DNA of 64,000 bases from Takakia lepidozioides. Its lineage: Eukaryota; Plantae; Bryophyta. Shown in pieces: positions 36,983-50,826 of the stretch. The notes beneath the pieces were generated by a model. That model did no database searches. It was not told where the DNA came from and saw only the letters and a list, made by a program, of their open reading frames with translations. The stretch lies in contig CM060731.1 of assembly GCA_030704615.1 (NCBI GenBank), positions 51,956,001 to 52,020,000 on the forward strand, in the 5' to 3' direction. Numbering within the stretch: the first letter of the stretch is position 1; each line of letters starts with the position of its first letter. Position numbers and translations under genes: made by a program.

Positions 36983-38226
36983 ATGGTGGAGAAGGGCAAG
37001 AGCCGCAAGGATGAGGTGGTCACGCGCGAGTACACCATTAATCTTCACAAGAGACTACATAGCTGGTATTTTTTCTCTTCACGCAAGCCCTTTGTGGGTT
37101 TGGGAGGGACCTCTTGGTTATGTGAACTAGATAGTTTCTTTTTGCAATAAGGAAAGGGGGGCTGGGAGGCCGGTCATGCACTAGTACTTCTTTCTCCATA
37201 CGAGGTCCAGGAGCCTCTCGATCATGCCGTGTGGATCTAATTGCCGACTCTTTCATTGGAGGGCATGGTAGGGCAGGTAATTTTGAGGAAAGAATGAGTT
37301 GAAGCTGACTTGTATCTTCTAATAAGAGCCCATGGATGGAGTTTCCTACCTTTGATCTCTTAAGTGCCTTTGGTCTTTGGTCCTCCATTTTACCTCTGCC
37401 TGGTGTTTCACTTGTCTGTTGCTGTTCCAAATCTGAACCGTTTCCTTCGTGGCGATTACCCTCCATGTATGCTGTCAGTGTCTCTGCATGCAGCTGGAAT
37501 CTATCCCTCTATAGCTCGCTGCTTTCAGGATTCCAGTTGTCATTGATCGTTGGAATAGTTGTGGATATCAATCAATCCTGTAGAGAGATTTCGGGATATG
37601 AATCGATAATCGCACTTTCCTAACTACTGATCATACAAGTCTGGGTTCACATTTGCTGGGGTAATTGCTGACGAGCCTCATACTCGTTATGGCGATTATG
37701 TCCATGGCCCTTTCTTTGTCATGTTCATGGAAGTTGTGGTCAGAAATAAGTGGGCCATGTGTCAAACATCTAGATGCAACACAGTGCCTCAAATACTATG
37801 CCTGCAGTTGCTTCTGTCCTTAGTTTACAAGTAAAATCAAACTGCAGTTAAACTGTTGACTGTCAGTTCTGCAGATCAGCGGTCTCACTTCTGTTGTGTT
37901 GAGGTTTCTGACTTTCGTTGGTGGTGGCGTTGTATGATGCGTTCAGTACGTTCAAGAAGATGGCACCCAAGGCGGTGAAGGAGATCCGCAAGTTTGCACA
38001 GAAGGCCATGGGGACTAGCGATGTAAGGCTTGATGTGAAGCTAAACAAGCACATTTGGAGCAGAGGAGTCCGGAATGTTCCCACCAGAATTCGGGTCCGG
38101 ATTGCAAGGAAACGTAATGATGATGAGGATGCCAAGGAGGAATTATACTCATATGTCACTTATGCTGAGTTGCCTGCTGAAGGGTTTGCCAATCTTGGTA
38201 CTAAGGTTGTGGAAGAGGATGATTAG
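36983..38226 (+). CDS. RPL31: 60S ribosomal protein L31 (eL31); exons 36983-37065 and 37947-38226; 120 aa
   Basis: [18 protein letters not shown]|[17 protein letters not shown]...[21 protein letters not shown]; GT-AG intron; frame intact. Confidence 0.97.
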
Positions 38227-39555
38227 GTCTGAGGCTGAGCATTAAATTGGAATGGTCATAACACAAACCCTCTCATTTTTCAGGCAGATGCCGGTTGTAT
38301 GGAAGAGTTTGTTGTGGATGTTGTCTGAGTGTCAAGTATGTACTTATCTTCAAGTTAAGCGCATTATTGAATGTGTCAACGAATGAGAAGATGGGATGAT
38401 ATGTCTGTCAATAATGCACTTGTCTTCCTGTGCGGAAATGATGATGTGGTCGACTCTAAATTGGAGACATGCACCTTTTCTATCCATTTCCATGTACAGT
38501 CTAACAGCACACTCAGGTTGGTGCACGCGATGCCAACTTGTCTGAACTGAGTTCTGTGTCTTCCAAAGCCATTGTCTCAATGGATACCAGTTTCAGGCAT
38601 TTTGATGATGATCACCTACTTGCTTCAAACTTTTTGCATTCGGAACGTCGATGCTTATGGTATGGGTGAAAGAGGTCTTTTGGGTTGCCTAGCTTGTAGG
38701 CCCCACAATTGTTGGCCTTATCCGTTAACCTTGTTTGCTTTCTTACACACTATCTTCTCATAGTGCATGCTATTGTTTTTGTACATTTCCTGCTTCTTGT
38801 CCTAGAAGAGATCCTTGATCCCTGTGTTTGATGGTGCTGATGTGCCAGTAGATTTTCATCTTTTGTGTTAAGGATAGAGGAATGCCCTGGACAACCACTT
38901 GAGCCCTTAGCCAATTTCTGACTTTGTAGAGTGGGAAAAAACAAGCTGAACTTCAAGAGCAGGACTCTTTTGAAAGGATTTCAGGACTGCTGAATACTGA
39001 GGCAGATCTGCAAACGGAAGGCTCCCCTGAAATTGGAATGATTGGCCTGTCAGTTAGCTGCTCATTAGAGATGAAACAACCTAGATAGTACTGCTCTTGT
39101 GCAATTCTCAATACTGATGATGATTGTAGCCTGCAGTGTGATGTTAAAGTAGGACCATCTGCTATATTCCCACCCACACATCTCATCTGCTACCTGCAGC
39201 ATTCTCCAGTTCACTTTTTTGTACTAGTCAAAGCAAATTCATGCTTGATACTGGCGATCTGCATCAGCTCATAAGCACCCCTCCAAGTTGTGAAAAAAGA
39301 AAAACCCAACCAGAAATGGACAACTACATAAGAAGAGATGCCAAGCTCAAGCTTTACTGTCAAAAGTACAAGTTGGAATAGAAGATGTCAAAAATACAAG
39401 ATTGAATTTCTCAATTTGTCAATTGCAACTGCTGATCAGGGAGGCGAAATCTTTCCAAAAACCTGTACAAGTAGAATTATAAACAATGAAAAATAATCAT
39501 TCCCCAGCAAATAAATGAATCAATTAATCAACCCAACGAAATGCCTTGGACTTCG

Positions 39556-42500
39556 TTACGAATCTACAGCAAGTTGCTCATCAAGGGAAGTAAAAATTTG
39601 GTAGAAAGCCTTGAAATGTCGATAGGCGATATCCACATCTTCTGTGCCACACATCTCCCTTATGCTGCATTTTCATCCCACAGTCTTGAGTACATCATAG
39701 AAACATATTTGCATTCACGCATCTTGCCATTCCATGTCACAGCCATGTTTGAGACCAGAGACACTGGAAGATCTAGAGTTTTCCATTTCCATACTGAGGT
39801 TAAAAACCAGACTCGGGTTTTACATGCTAGGGATTAACATCTACCAATGGTTGGCAAGCTACTGCATTTACATCAAGACCATCAGATCATGTCATCATGT
39901 CCTCAGATATGCAAGTCGTCATATCATGGATTGTCGCAGGTAGTACTAGGTCCTTAGCCTACACAGTCATGGTGCCCATATGTTAGTACCGTTTTTGTGT
40001 TTGACAAACTATTGAGAACCATAGAACAACCCAATGCTAACTTGATCTTTATGAACAATGTGCCTTTAAGTGATGTACTATGTAAGCGAATGTCGGAAGA
40101 AAGGAAGACCATGCAGCCAAAAGAATAGATTTAAAAAGCTGGGGAAAACCTGTGCATGGAAAGCTGAGGCATGCCGCAATCAACTGTGCGAATGCCAATC
40201 CCTGACGCGAGAATCGGACCAATCGTAGAACCACACCCCATATCATTGCGTACTACAAAATTCTGTGTCAAATCACATCCGTCATCTTAGCACTGAACTC
40301 TCCTACCTGCCCTTAGTTGATGAACTAGCTGAGCTAAAGCACTAGGCTGTTATGCTGTATGAACGGTAACTTTTTCACAGGTTTGACCCTTCCATCTAAT
40401 GTTCCTAAACCCCTCACCCAAATTTCAACAACCAGAGAGGTACAGTGGAGATCGTAGATATACTGAGATCGTTGAGGGGCTACTTACAGGGGCTCTCTTG
40501 CTTCCCCTCTCTTTGAGCTTTCTTCGGACGTTAGAAAGTACCATTTCAATTCTTATGTCTAGAAAGGATGTTGCTGACTACCTGTGACCACTCACTGATT
40601 CAATTAGAATAGTGGAAAGTACACTGTTTTACAATTTGGCATGTCATTGGATTCATCTTGAACCTATAAACTAGAATTGTGGTACATAGACTTGGTGACT
40701 GTGTCTCACCACTTGATGGACCAAGAAAAATAACATGTATGGCAGTGACAAGCCACCATCACTTCCCCACCGACTTCATCAGCTCCAAAGAGTGGGTATC
40801 TCTTACCATTTAAAAGAGGATTCACTTCCGATATCTAGCACTATTTCATGAAACAGATTGAGCCTCCTTGCTTATCTTCTTTATTGGGATATGAAGGTGA
40901 TATACTGGATACATTTGTTGCAAAAAACTATCAAATTCCATGGAGTTTGAAAGGGACCACAAGCAATCCACCTGAGTTGGAATGCCTGCCACCTTTGCGA
41001 CTTCTCTAAAAAGAAAAGCTGTCACAGCATTAGTCGCATAGCGCTGGTTGGCATTGTGTTTGATAACGAGACCCTCATGCAGCCTGGGCTGGTGATGCTC
41101 CTCGTGCCTCTCAGTATAGTTTGGATGAAGTGCATGCGCCATGTCTGCAGACACTGTAACCCCACAAATCCGTTCCATGGTCATTTGGACAAATATATTT
41201 GAGGTTTTCTCTATCTTGGCTCCTACAATCATCATGGTAAAAGTGACATGGCAAAGCAAACAAAGAAAACTACACACCAAGAAAGGATTGTCGAATGGCG
41301 CGCTCAAGAATACCCTCACTAAGGGACTCCCGTGCCAACCACCGTGTGATGCGTTTCATTGCTTGAAACATCATAGGGGACCCTGCCCCTTGCGCAGACT
41401 CCGAACCCACCTGCATGCATCATGTAAAGTAGCCTTCCGTGATAAGAGACCAGTGAGTAGAGGGCTGAGAGGTATCAAGCCCTTGGTTGGAGCCAATGAA
41501 TGCCTTACTATAAACAGTCCAGGCAGCAGCAGAGAGAGGCTCACATCCCAACCTTAGATGACTAGGGTTTTGAGTCTCTAGGGAAAATCTCCGGTGAAAA
41601 AGGCCATAAGAGGTCAATTTAAAGTACTTATCCATGAAAGAAACACTGCAAACTAACTCCTGCTGGCATCATGAATCTTCTTCCTAGTACGCTTCATCTG
41701 AGACCTCTGACGAAAGTAATTTCCTTGTCAGTTTGTGGGGTCTTCCTTCCAGAGTTCCCTCCCTCCACAGACTTTTGGCTTTCATATTGATTATATGGGC
41801 TGGAATAGCAATCATTCCCCCCCTCTGCTCTACGGACAAGCCTAAAAAGAGATGGCAGAGGGAAAGGATAAAATAATGATGGTGCCATATCCCTCTCATT
41901 TCCAGTTAGAGAGGCTAAGAGATTATGCCAAAAGATGCAGCTGTGGCCCCCGTAAGTCTGAATACTGGGTGAACATGCGTGTGGTGTATTCGAGAGAAAT
42001 CTTGAAAACCAGAATCAGTTTCACTTCTACAAGTACATCCCACAGCTAGAGGAAGGCTTCACAACGCGCACTGTCCCCTTCATCTGCCAATTGCCTTCCC
42101 CCACTCTTCTCCTCTTTCCCAGTCCACTCAAACCAGGCATGGGGTCTATGGCTGGAAGGCTATGGTAAGAGTAGTGAAGACATCTCTAGCCACTTTGGGG
42201 TACAGCAAGGCAACAGTATCACGACACTTTACACAGTCCCCAATTCAGAAGGTCACTTTAAGTAAAAGTTGGACACGAAAAATGTTGTACCTCCTCGTTA
42301 TCAAACAGGGCAACTGCACGGATGCAACTCTCATCAGCCAAGGATGCAGTATCCCCACAAGTATCTAACAGGGCACGAAGTGCACAGAAGGATGACGCCA
42401 AATTATCAAGCCTGCCTGAAAAAATGAACTCTTTGCGAGCACCCCCAATGCAGCTCGGTTGCGTGTCACACACATTTAACTCAAAGTCCACAATTTCCTC

Positions 42501-44290
42501 CTCGGCACAACCCAGCTGTTCTGCTAGCACCTGAATGAACGCCACTGTGTTAGAGAAAGGACACAAAAATTGGAGGGCAGTAGAAGGGGGTAAAACAGAG
42601 AATTTACTCATAAGATGGCCTTTGCCGTGGCCGTGTGGCCCCAGTGTGGGTGGAACAAGAGGGAACAGACACTACCTTTGTGAGGGGCTCACTCCAGTAG
42701 TGGGACTTACCTTGATATGAACAATTTGTTCAGGCTTTCCACTCTAGAATGCCCTCATCAATCTGCTGTGTGTGATCTGCCCAGCAATTAGACCCCAACA
42801 GAGTCAGGGCTTTAGGCTCAGCCTCAAGATTTTGAAAGATGGTGAACAGAGGTGCAGGGACTATGTTCTTGATAGCCCTGAAGACGGGCGCTCTTTGATG
42901 AGAATACCCTGTACATTGTGTCAGAAAATGGATAGTGTCTTCAGGCCGCCCGCACATTGACAATCTCCCTTTCCTCTCTGCATCTGTTTTTTGTTCGAAG
43001 TTAGACTCCCCACCCTCAGTCAAAAGAGAGAGAGAGAGAATGTACTCATAAGACGTTGATTGCCGTAGCCTAAGAGATTGTACTCATAAGACGTTGTTTG
43101 CCGTAGCCTTGTGGCCATTGACCCCGCGCCCAGTTTGAGCGGAAACAAAAGGGACAGAACCTACCTCTGTCAGGGGCTGACGTTGGTAGTAAGACTTACC
43201 TTCATATATAGAATTAATCCGGGTTTTCCAGATATCCTCTAGAAATCCCTTCACACAAGCATCAATCTGCTGTGTGTGATTTGCCCAAAAACTAGGCCTC
43301 AGGAGGGCCTGGGCTTTTGGCTCAGCCTCGAGACTTTCAAAGTTGGTAAACAGAGGTACAGGCACAATTCCCTTGATAGATTTGAAGAGAGCGTCTCTTT
43401 GGTGAGAGAACCCCGGACGGTGTATCAGAAAATGAATACTGTCTTCAGGTTGCCCACACAACGGGCAATTGCACTCTCCCTTTCCTCTCTGCTTCTGTTT
43501 GCTGTTCAAAGGTAGGCTTCCTGCCCTGAGTTTAAATTTCAGTCTAGTGCCGAGAGTGGGTAGACCCTTGAGGTCATCCAAGATGTCCTCCCCCATGTCA
43601 CTGACTGGAAACAAGTTCAGGGAAGTTTTCTGCCTAACTTCATTTTCATCAGACAATCTCATGGCAACAGACATGGCTTTGGACACTACAGCCTCTAAGT
43701 CAGATTTATCCAGCAGGGTCAAGACTTGCGGTTCCAGGTCCAGGTCCTTGAGAATCTCTTCTACTCTCTTCTGCCAGGACTTAGCCCGTTTGACAGGGCG
43801 GTCCTGTTTCCAAGATATAGAGTCGATTAACTTAGGATATCTGGTGTTGGACATATGTTGCAGCTGACCCCACCATCTGACCTTGAATTCATCTCGTCGG
43901 GAGCTTAAGGACGGAATGCCAAACTCACCCCGAACAGCCACATTGGCTGTTTTGGAGCATGCTGACATACACTCCTTAAGCACCCCCACTTGAATGGATT
44001 CTAGAGACTTAGCCTGGTTGGAGTTATCAACCCATATTGCAGATCCGTACTCCAAGGCAGGTCTAATAACGCGACAAAGCATGGTTTTCTTAACCTCAGA
44101 GTTGACCCCTCTGCAGTGGAAAAATTTAGTGAGCCCCAGAGCTTTGCCCTTGCCAGTTTGAACAACTTTCCAGATATGTGCATCCCAATTACAATTGGAG
44201 GAAAATTCTACGCCCAGGTAAGTGTAGGAAGGGAGGAAGAGATTGTACTCTTAAGACGTTGTTTGCCGTAGCCTTGTGTGTAGGAAGGGA

Positions 44291-44324
<34 letters not shown>

Positions 44325-47300
44325 CACCTGCAGCAGAAGTGAATGATGAGCCTTGTTCATTGTGGCGAGGGCACCATTGCCACCCTCAGTGTGGCCAGAC
44401 AGCTCGGACTTGATTTGGGTTGCCAATACTGGTGCTAAATGTGTCTCCAAGTTTGGCTTGAATCCATCAGTATTTACAGTCCTGTATCATGGGTCAACAG
44501 CTAGAATTATCAGAGCTGGTCATGCAGTCTCACCCTCCAACTTATGAATATATCCATAATCAACTTAATGCAGGCTGCTTGAGTGTTGATTAAGGGTTAG
44601 CCTTGAATGTCCTACTAAGGGAAATAAGTTTATTCTGGCTTTGAAGCTCTCAGCCTAAGATGGATATGTCCTCGATGTGGGACATGAGATCTAAAGGGAA
44701 ACTAATTAACATAGGCTTGCCCAAGCCTTCCAACCATAGATCCTGCACTGGTTTGAATCAAGTGGGGCGTGACAGGTAAAGAGTGAAAGTGAGAGATTGG
44801 GAAAGTAAGGACCTGTCAAGGTGGATGGCCAAGGTAGGGATGCGCAGGATAGGGCGCTCCACCTTCACAAGCTCGTGCATAATACCCATTCCTTTTCTCA
44901 AGAGGACACGCCCCGCCACAGAGAGGTCACGATCAAACCAAGTGTACCACAACCCACCCCCATACGTCTGAACTCCCACATTCAGAAAACCTGCTTTGGT
45001 TGCAGCTGACACTGGCTTCAGCTTTGGACAAGGGCTGTCCGTATGTGCCGCAATCACATGAAAGCCATTTCCTGCTTGATATCTGTGCAACATTTCGTTG
45101 ACATTCAAAGAACCCACCAGGTTGTTGATACATGTAGCACAGATATGTGAGGAGTGTAAATCCCTAGGTGACTTGACAAACTGCACTATATGGAATTCAA
45201 CTCCATTGAGATAGGAAGAAGCTTGAACCCATCTCAGGTCAGAGAGCTTGAAACCTAAAGGACAGAGGTTTCAAATGATAAAGTGGATGTAGCCCCCCAC
45301 ATGCTCTTTCTCCTCGTGATTGGTTTCATGTAATTTTGTGAAGTATTTTTGATGATGATGGAATGAATATGATACCACTGAAAAACTGTCCCATTGTTCC
45401 CCTCCAAAACCATCCCAAAGCCAGAGATAGCATGTTTGGCCACCAAACACAACATGTGAGCGAGTCTGGCCACAATTAGAATATACTACGTACTAGAGTG
45501 CTTGCACCAGGGAGAGAGGGAGATAGACAATGAGAAACCAAGTACAGTAGAGGCACAAAGAACTCACTTCTGACCAATAGCAAAGGCAAAGATGGAGGAC
45601 ATGTTGCGGGTAAAGAAGTAGCGCCCACCAGGTTGCACTGCCCACTCCTCCTCCTCACTCAATTGCTCAAACCCTGCTTGCAATAGCTGCATCTTTGACT
45701 CCACTGGTAACACCCTCCCATGTCACAACTCAGCCTAGTTTACAATCTTCAGGGGATTCGCTTTCTGACTGGACAATGATTGCATCTACCCTGCCAATCC
45801 AACTAGACCTATTATCTCAGCACCACCAGCACCAGCAGGTTTTCCTTTGATGCAGGTGAACGCAAATAAATCAGTGGTTCAGGCACTGCGGCCAAAGTGT
45901 TCAAATCCACAGGCAACCGACTTGCCCAAGAAGAAGGCCGCATGATATTACATCTTTACGATGGAAAGTACCCTGCTTTGTCTCCACAGACAAGAGCAGG
46001 GGCATTGCCTCGCCAAATCGGACAATTATGGACTTCAAACTCTCCAGGAGAAGCATCTGGTAACAAAATTGTCCTGCTCGCACTGTTAGTGACTTTTGAA
46101 ATGTGTGCACTCAATGCTCCCTCCAGTCTGCCATACTCTTTTTCTGTTAAAATTAAACCGATATTTGACAGAATCAAGAAGGTCTGAGGGACAATCCTCA
46201 AATAGTGGTCCAATTTGCCACCTAGGGTCACTCTCAACAGTCTGGAAATAACACTCCCTGTTTCAATTTACTGGCCAAATGCCTGGGCCTCAAAATGCAG
46301 TTTACAAACAGACTTTCCTTCTAACCCAGACCCATACAACAAAGTCCACTTCGGAGCACAAATTCTGGCTGAATCAGAGTACCCAACTGAGCTCCTGCTC
46401 TTTCAATATTTGAACTCAATTTAATAAGCTGAAGTCACCACCAACTGTTGTGCAATCACTCATCACCTCTGTGGACTAACTTGTCAGTCTAGAAGACACA
46501 GAATCCATACTATCCTAGTAGGGTTTAGCAACTTCCTGCCTGAAAATTTGTATTTGACCTTTGGGGCAGAAAAATGCAAATTGGCATAGCATGAACAAAG
46601 ATTAACAATTTTTGGCACTTGCAACGGATTAATTTCTTCTGCCAAATAGTGTGGCCTGCTGCATCATTCATTGAGGACCCAAAGGAAGGTTGACATACAA
46701 TGAGTCACAAAAACCCAGAAATGGACAAGAATGAGCAGTGGTCAACTGGGAACCATGTGTATGTAAGTAGTACTTTACTTGTGGCGTGGAAGGGTGTCCA
46801 GGATTTGTTCAAAAAGTTGAGCATGTCTGTCACTATGGACACTTTGCTCCCCACTTCCTGCCAGGAACATCACCAGACACAACCTCCAATTACGGATATA
46901 ATAACGGGGCTCCCCTCCACCAGCTTTTTTGCACTACTGGAAGCTGCTGAGATAGCAAACCTTCCTAATCAAAATGCTGAATTGGCTTTGAGAAAGTCAG
47001 ATATTTAACCCTTTACCTCGTCCAGCTGATAACTTTTAGTGCTGGTGGTGGCCCGAACCCCCTGAGTACTAAACTGTTTATCTGTATTTCCAGTCCAGCC
47101 ACATGATGTACAGCGGGAATACACATCAAATGTGCGCCTGTCCCTCCCAATAAGCTCAGCCTGTATGTGTCCAGTTCTCATCGCCATTCCGTTCCCCTTC
47201 TTCCCAAGAATTCGAGGGCTGGTGTTAGCGCCATCTAATTCTGCCTTAGTAGACCTGCAGCGACAGCCCCCATGACAAATTCTATAGGACTTATGAAACG

Positions 47301-47637
47301 TTTTGTAGAGGGATGAACTCCAGCCTGTACCGGGGACAAAATCGGTGCGGCATTCCAACCAAGCTAAAGTGGTGGAATGCCGTGCTCCATTGATAAACCT
47401 TCCAAGACCCACAAACCCTAGATTCCTCGCAGATAGCGTCATGGGCGCCTCATCCTTGGAACATAATCGACCAGGAGAATTAACGAAACTCCGAACACAT
47501 GCAATAGAGTTATTCCAGCGAATTCCGACAGACTTATGAGAGGAGCTAGTGGGGGACTGTAGGGATGGTGGAGTGCGTGGCATGGCTCGCGCCATTCCCA
47601 CCCTCATGCCCAAGGGGCATTGCACTGAACCCCCCAT
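39556..47637 (-). CDS. Aspartyl aminopeptidase (peptidase M18); exons 47017-47637, 46779-46857, 45568-45703, 44813-45082, 44328-44481, 42291-42530, 41278-41410, 40972-41153, 40150-40262, 39556-39664
   Basis: [60 protein letters not shown]; all introns GT-AG with compatible phases; the first exon is the least certain. Confidence 0.93.
42603..43021 (-). mobile_element. Diverged LINE 3' fragment in an intron
   Basis: Paralogous to 43084-43520 ([21 protein letters not shown]...WADHTQQID), with the same terminal ...CTTATGAGTA. Confidence 0.85.
43075..44221 (-). mobile_element. 5'-truncated LINE ORF2 C-terminus in an intron
   Basis: YLGV.F...[19 protein letters not shown] (RT thumb), CPLC...EDSIHFLI zinc finger; stop ~9 nt from the 3' end. 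Confidence 0.9.
44243..44277 (-). mobile_element. 35-bp LINE 3'-end insertion with ~21-bp TSD, next to a (GA)n tract
   Basis: GTGTAGGAAGGGAGGAAGAGA at 44222-44242 and 44278-44298. Confidence 0.9.
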
Positions 47638-49439
47638 ATCTCTCTCTTCCTTGAATCCTCCAGCTTTACTAGAGGACCACGAAAGTCTAGTTTTGTCACA
47701 AAGAACATTTGTGAGAAAGAGAAGACACAATAAGCTAGAAACATAGAAGGGACGAGATTCAATGCACTGTACGCGGATTCCTCCACTTCAGAAGAGCTGA
47801 CCGGCGTACATACGGCGTATTCTTTTCAGTACTGAAACAGTGTAAAAGTGTACCAGTATTTGGATCGGTAATCTATGCTTTGAGTTGAAGATAGACAGAG
47901 CCCCCAGGAAACTCAATGCATTCGTGCTGTTCTAAGTTGGGTTGTTCTTTTCCACGAACAGTAGAAGAAGACAATGGGAATGGGTGGTGAACACGTCATG
48001 CTGGCCTACTCCGTAGTGTTCGAAGGGATGAGCGAGAGTCGGAAGAACATACACGCCATCATTCTTGCATCCAAGAATCAGGCTCCTCACTGGTGGGTCA
48101 AGATACAGATTCCTGCAAATGGAAGCCACATGCACATCACTGCCCCGTGGCACTGGCCTGTCCATCACATTGTCTGCTTGCCGGGCCCATGCCCCTGCCT
48201 TCCACACCATCCACTCCTCTCCAACACGAACACCTGGTCTGCTTATATTGAGGATAGGATTTCTTGCACCATTATCCCAAGCACTCGCAAACCAACTTAT
48301 CGTGCGGTCTTTCTATGGATGTTGAAGAGGACTGTTGTAAAAGACATGTCAAAGTATTTGGAGATATCAGTTCCCTCTTGGAACCATTCAACCAACCACA
48401 GAAAATTCTTGGTCGGGTCATGTACTTTACGTATCTAGAACAAGGGAATGTCTACATCATCGTCAAAGTTTCCACATGAGCTAGATCAAGCAGTAACAAG
48501 CTTAACCATGATGTTCACAGCATGATTGCAGGTAGACGTTATAAGCGCAGTCCTATGCTTTGAAGAAGGTGCTTGTATAGAATCAAGGAGAATTGATGAC
48601 ATCGGGCCATCTTTTAGAGCCTTACAATGGCATAAGAGACTGTTTTCAATTCCATGAAGGTCAGCATATCAATTCCATGAAGCTCACAGCGGTGTTTGCA
48701 ATCCATCTTAGCAAACGACCAATGAGAGCATCGAACGCACACCTTCAAAACATGTAGAGCAGATGTGCCTCAGAAGGACAACATTGCCCATTCTACGGCT
48801 ATCTGCACAAGATGACAGGTTTGCAGGGAGGAACTGATTTTGCATTATCTTGATACGGTTCTTTGAGCATGGGACTCAGCATCGTAAGATGAGATTTGGC
48901 AAGTCAATTGATAGGGCATGTGCTTGATCAGAAGATATTAGGTTATTAAACACCATAAGATCCCGTATGATATGTTTTGCCCTAAAACACCCGTTGTGGC
49001 CTACCTTTGTCCTAACCTGAAAAAATGTATTTGATGATGAATTTCGGAAGATTGAAGGGTGTCTGACAATGTGCTACGGGTTGTGAGGCAGCATGTGTTG
49101 GAGCATGGACGTACCAATGAGAGAAGTGAAATCATTACAAAGCTAGCAGGCCAAATTGTAAATTGGCATCGAATGTCATGGAGAAATGCTTGGAGTTTTG
49201 GGGACCAGCGGAGCGCCAGATTTTGATGTACGCAATGGGAGGCCAGACAGGTGAAATGAGCCCCCTGCAGGTCTGAATATGTCTGATTGAGTCAATATAG
49301 CAGATATAGAGCAGAAGCTAATTGAGGCATTTGCTTGAAGATTCATGGACAGTGATCAAGACAGTGAGTCTCCCCAAGTAGCTGGTTTAGCTTTATGTAG
49401 GCATCGATTGAGTATTGCGGTTTCCTTGTCATCGTGAGC

Positions 49440-49530
49440 CCCAGACAGATTTGTTTGCAATTCCCATGTATTATCTGTGGCTAGGTAGTGCTTCCATTTG
49501 CAATAGTATAGGGTCGAGACCCATGTGGCC
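49440..49530 (-). mobile_element. Decayed chromodomain-like fragment, probably from a chromovirus integrase
   Basis: YYCKWKHYLATDNTWELQTNL resembles YLVKWKGY...NTWEP..NL. Confidence 0.5.
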
Positions 49531-49539
49531 CCAAATTTG

Positions 49540-50826
49540 AGTTGGTTCCATTGTCTGACAAGGCTAGTGAGGGGGCTGCGTATGCATTCTTGGATCGTGT
49601 GCTTAGCTGATTCAGTGCTCCAGCTGTGGTACTCACGGACCAAGGGAGAGAGTTCTTGGGGGAATTTCAGGCTTTGTGTGATAAAGCCTTGATAGACCAC
49701 CGCACCACTTCTCGGAATCATCCTGAGGCCGATGGCTTGGCAGAGAAAGTTGTTCAGACGGTGAAGAGGGGTTTGCGCAAGTATGGCTTGCAAAAGGGAC
49801 ACCTAGGAGATTCGAAACTTCAGGTTCCTTGGTTAGCCATGGGCTACAGGTTCAGCAAACAAGCATCATTTGTCTCTTTCTCACCATATTTCCTTCTTTT
49901 TGGCCGAGAGCCGGATTTGCCTGCAGCCATTCGTATGGACACTGCTCAAGTCCTTAACCTTGACGATCCGGACGTGTGGGTACGTGCATGTAATCAGCGT
50001 GCAGAGTTGTTCAAGAAAATCATGCCCATGGTTTTTGAGATCCTTGTCATTGCACAGCACCGTGATACGTTGAGGTATGCCACTATACGTGGTGGAGGAC
50101 ATCATCCTGGGGTTCGGCGGTTTAGCCCGGGTGACTATGTTTATTTGCAGCAGACTGCTCCTACGACCCTGGATGTCACTGCAGGGCGTGTTATTCTGAG
50201 GGTTCGAGAGGTGTTGCCCTCAGGAGTCCTGATCTTGGAGGGTCGGAATGGCATGACTTGGAAAGACCATGTGCGTAATTGTGCGCCATGTCACCTTCCC
50301 ATTGTCGATGGCAGAGTTGACCCAAACTTGGCAGTGGTACTTGCAGGTTTGAGATGTATGCTCTGTGGGTCTGCCAAAGGAGCAGCCACCATGCTGATAT
50401 GTGATCGATGCTCAAGAGGTTGGTATATGGGATGTTTGACACCACCTCTTGAGAGGGTTCCTGATGGAGATTGGTTATGTCTACACTGCTTGGGATAGTG
50501 GCAGTGGACATGACTAGAGGCAGCTAACAAGACATGGGAAGCCAAGCTCATAGGAGTCCATATACTAGATCCCAGGCTCAAGTTCACAGATTGCAAGACG
50601 GCGACTAACGATGGGGCAACTCTTGCACCCGGCCTCTTGATCTATCGAGTTTGAGTATAGTAGGGACAGTGGTGGAGGACTTAGTGAGGCTATGGTCACT
50701 ATCACATCTTGTGGCTACCTGGACTTAGAGGGACCTAAGCACCAGCTAGAGGGGCGATTGTGTGGACTACTGATTGCCATAGTGGGCAGCATAGTGCATT
50801 ACTAGATAAACCGGTTTTTCCAACAC
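49540..50826 (+). mobile_element. Gypsy 3' fragment: integrase with C-terminal PHD finger (49626-50498), PPT and start of the 3' LTR
   Basis: VLTDQGREF...HPEADGLAE; CMLC...CDRCSRGWYMGCL...WLCLHC; AGAGGGG at 50748-50754, then TG at 50759; cut by the LTR at 50827. Confidence 0.88.

Noticed and set aside
47900-49350. Short ORFs upstream of the aminopeptidase
   Set aside because: No recognisable motif; many stops
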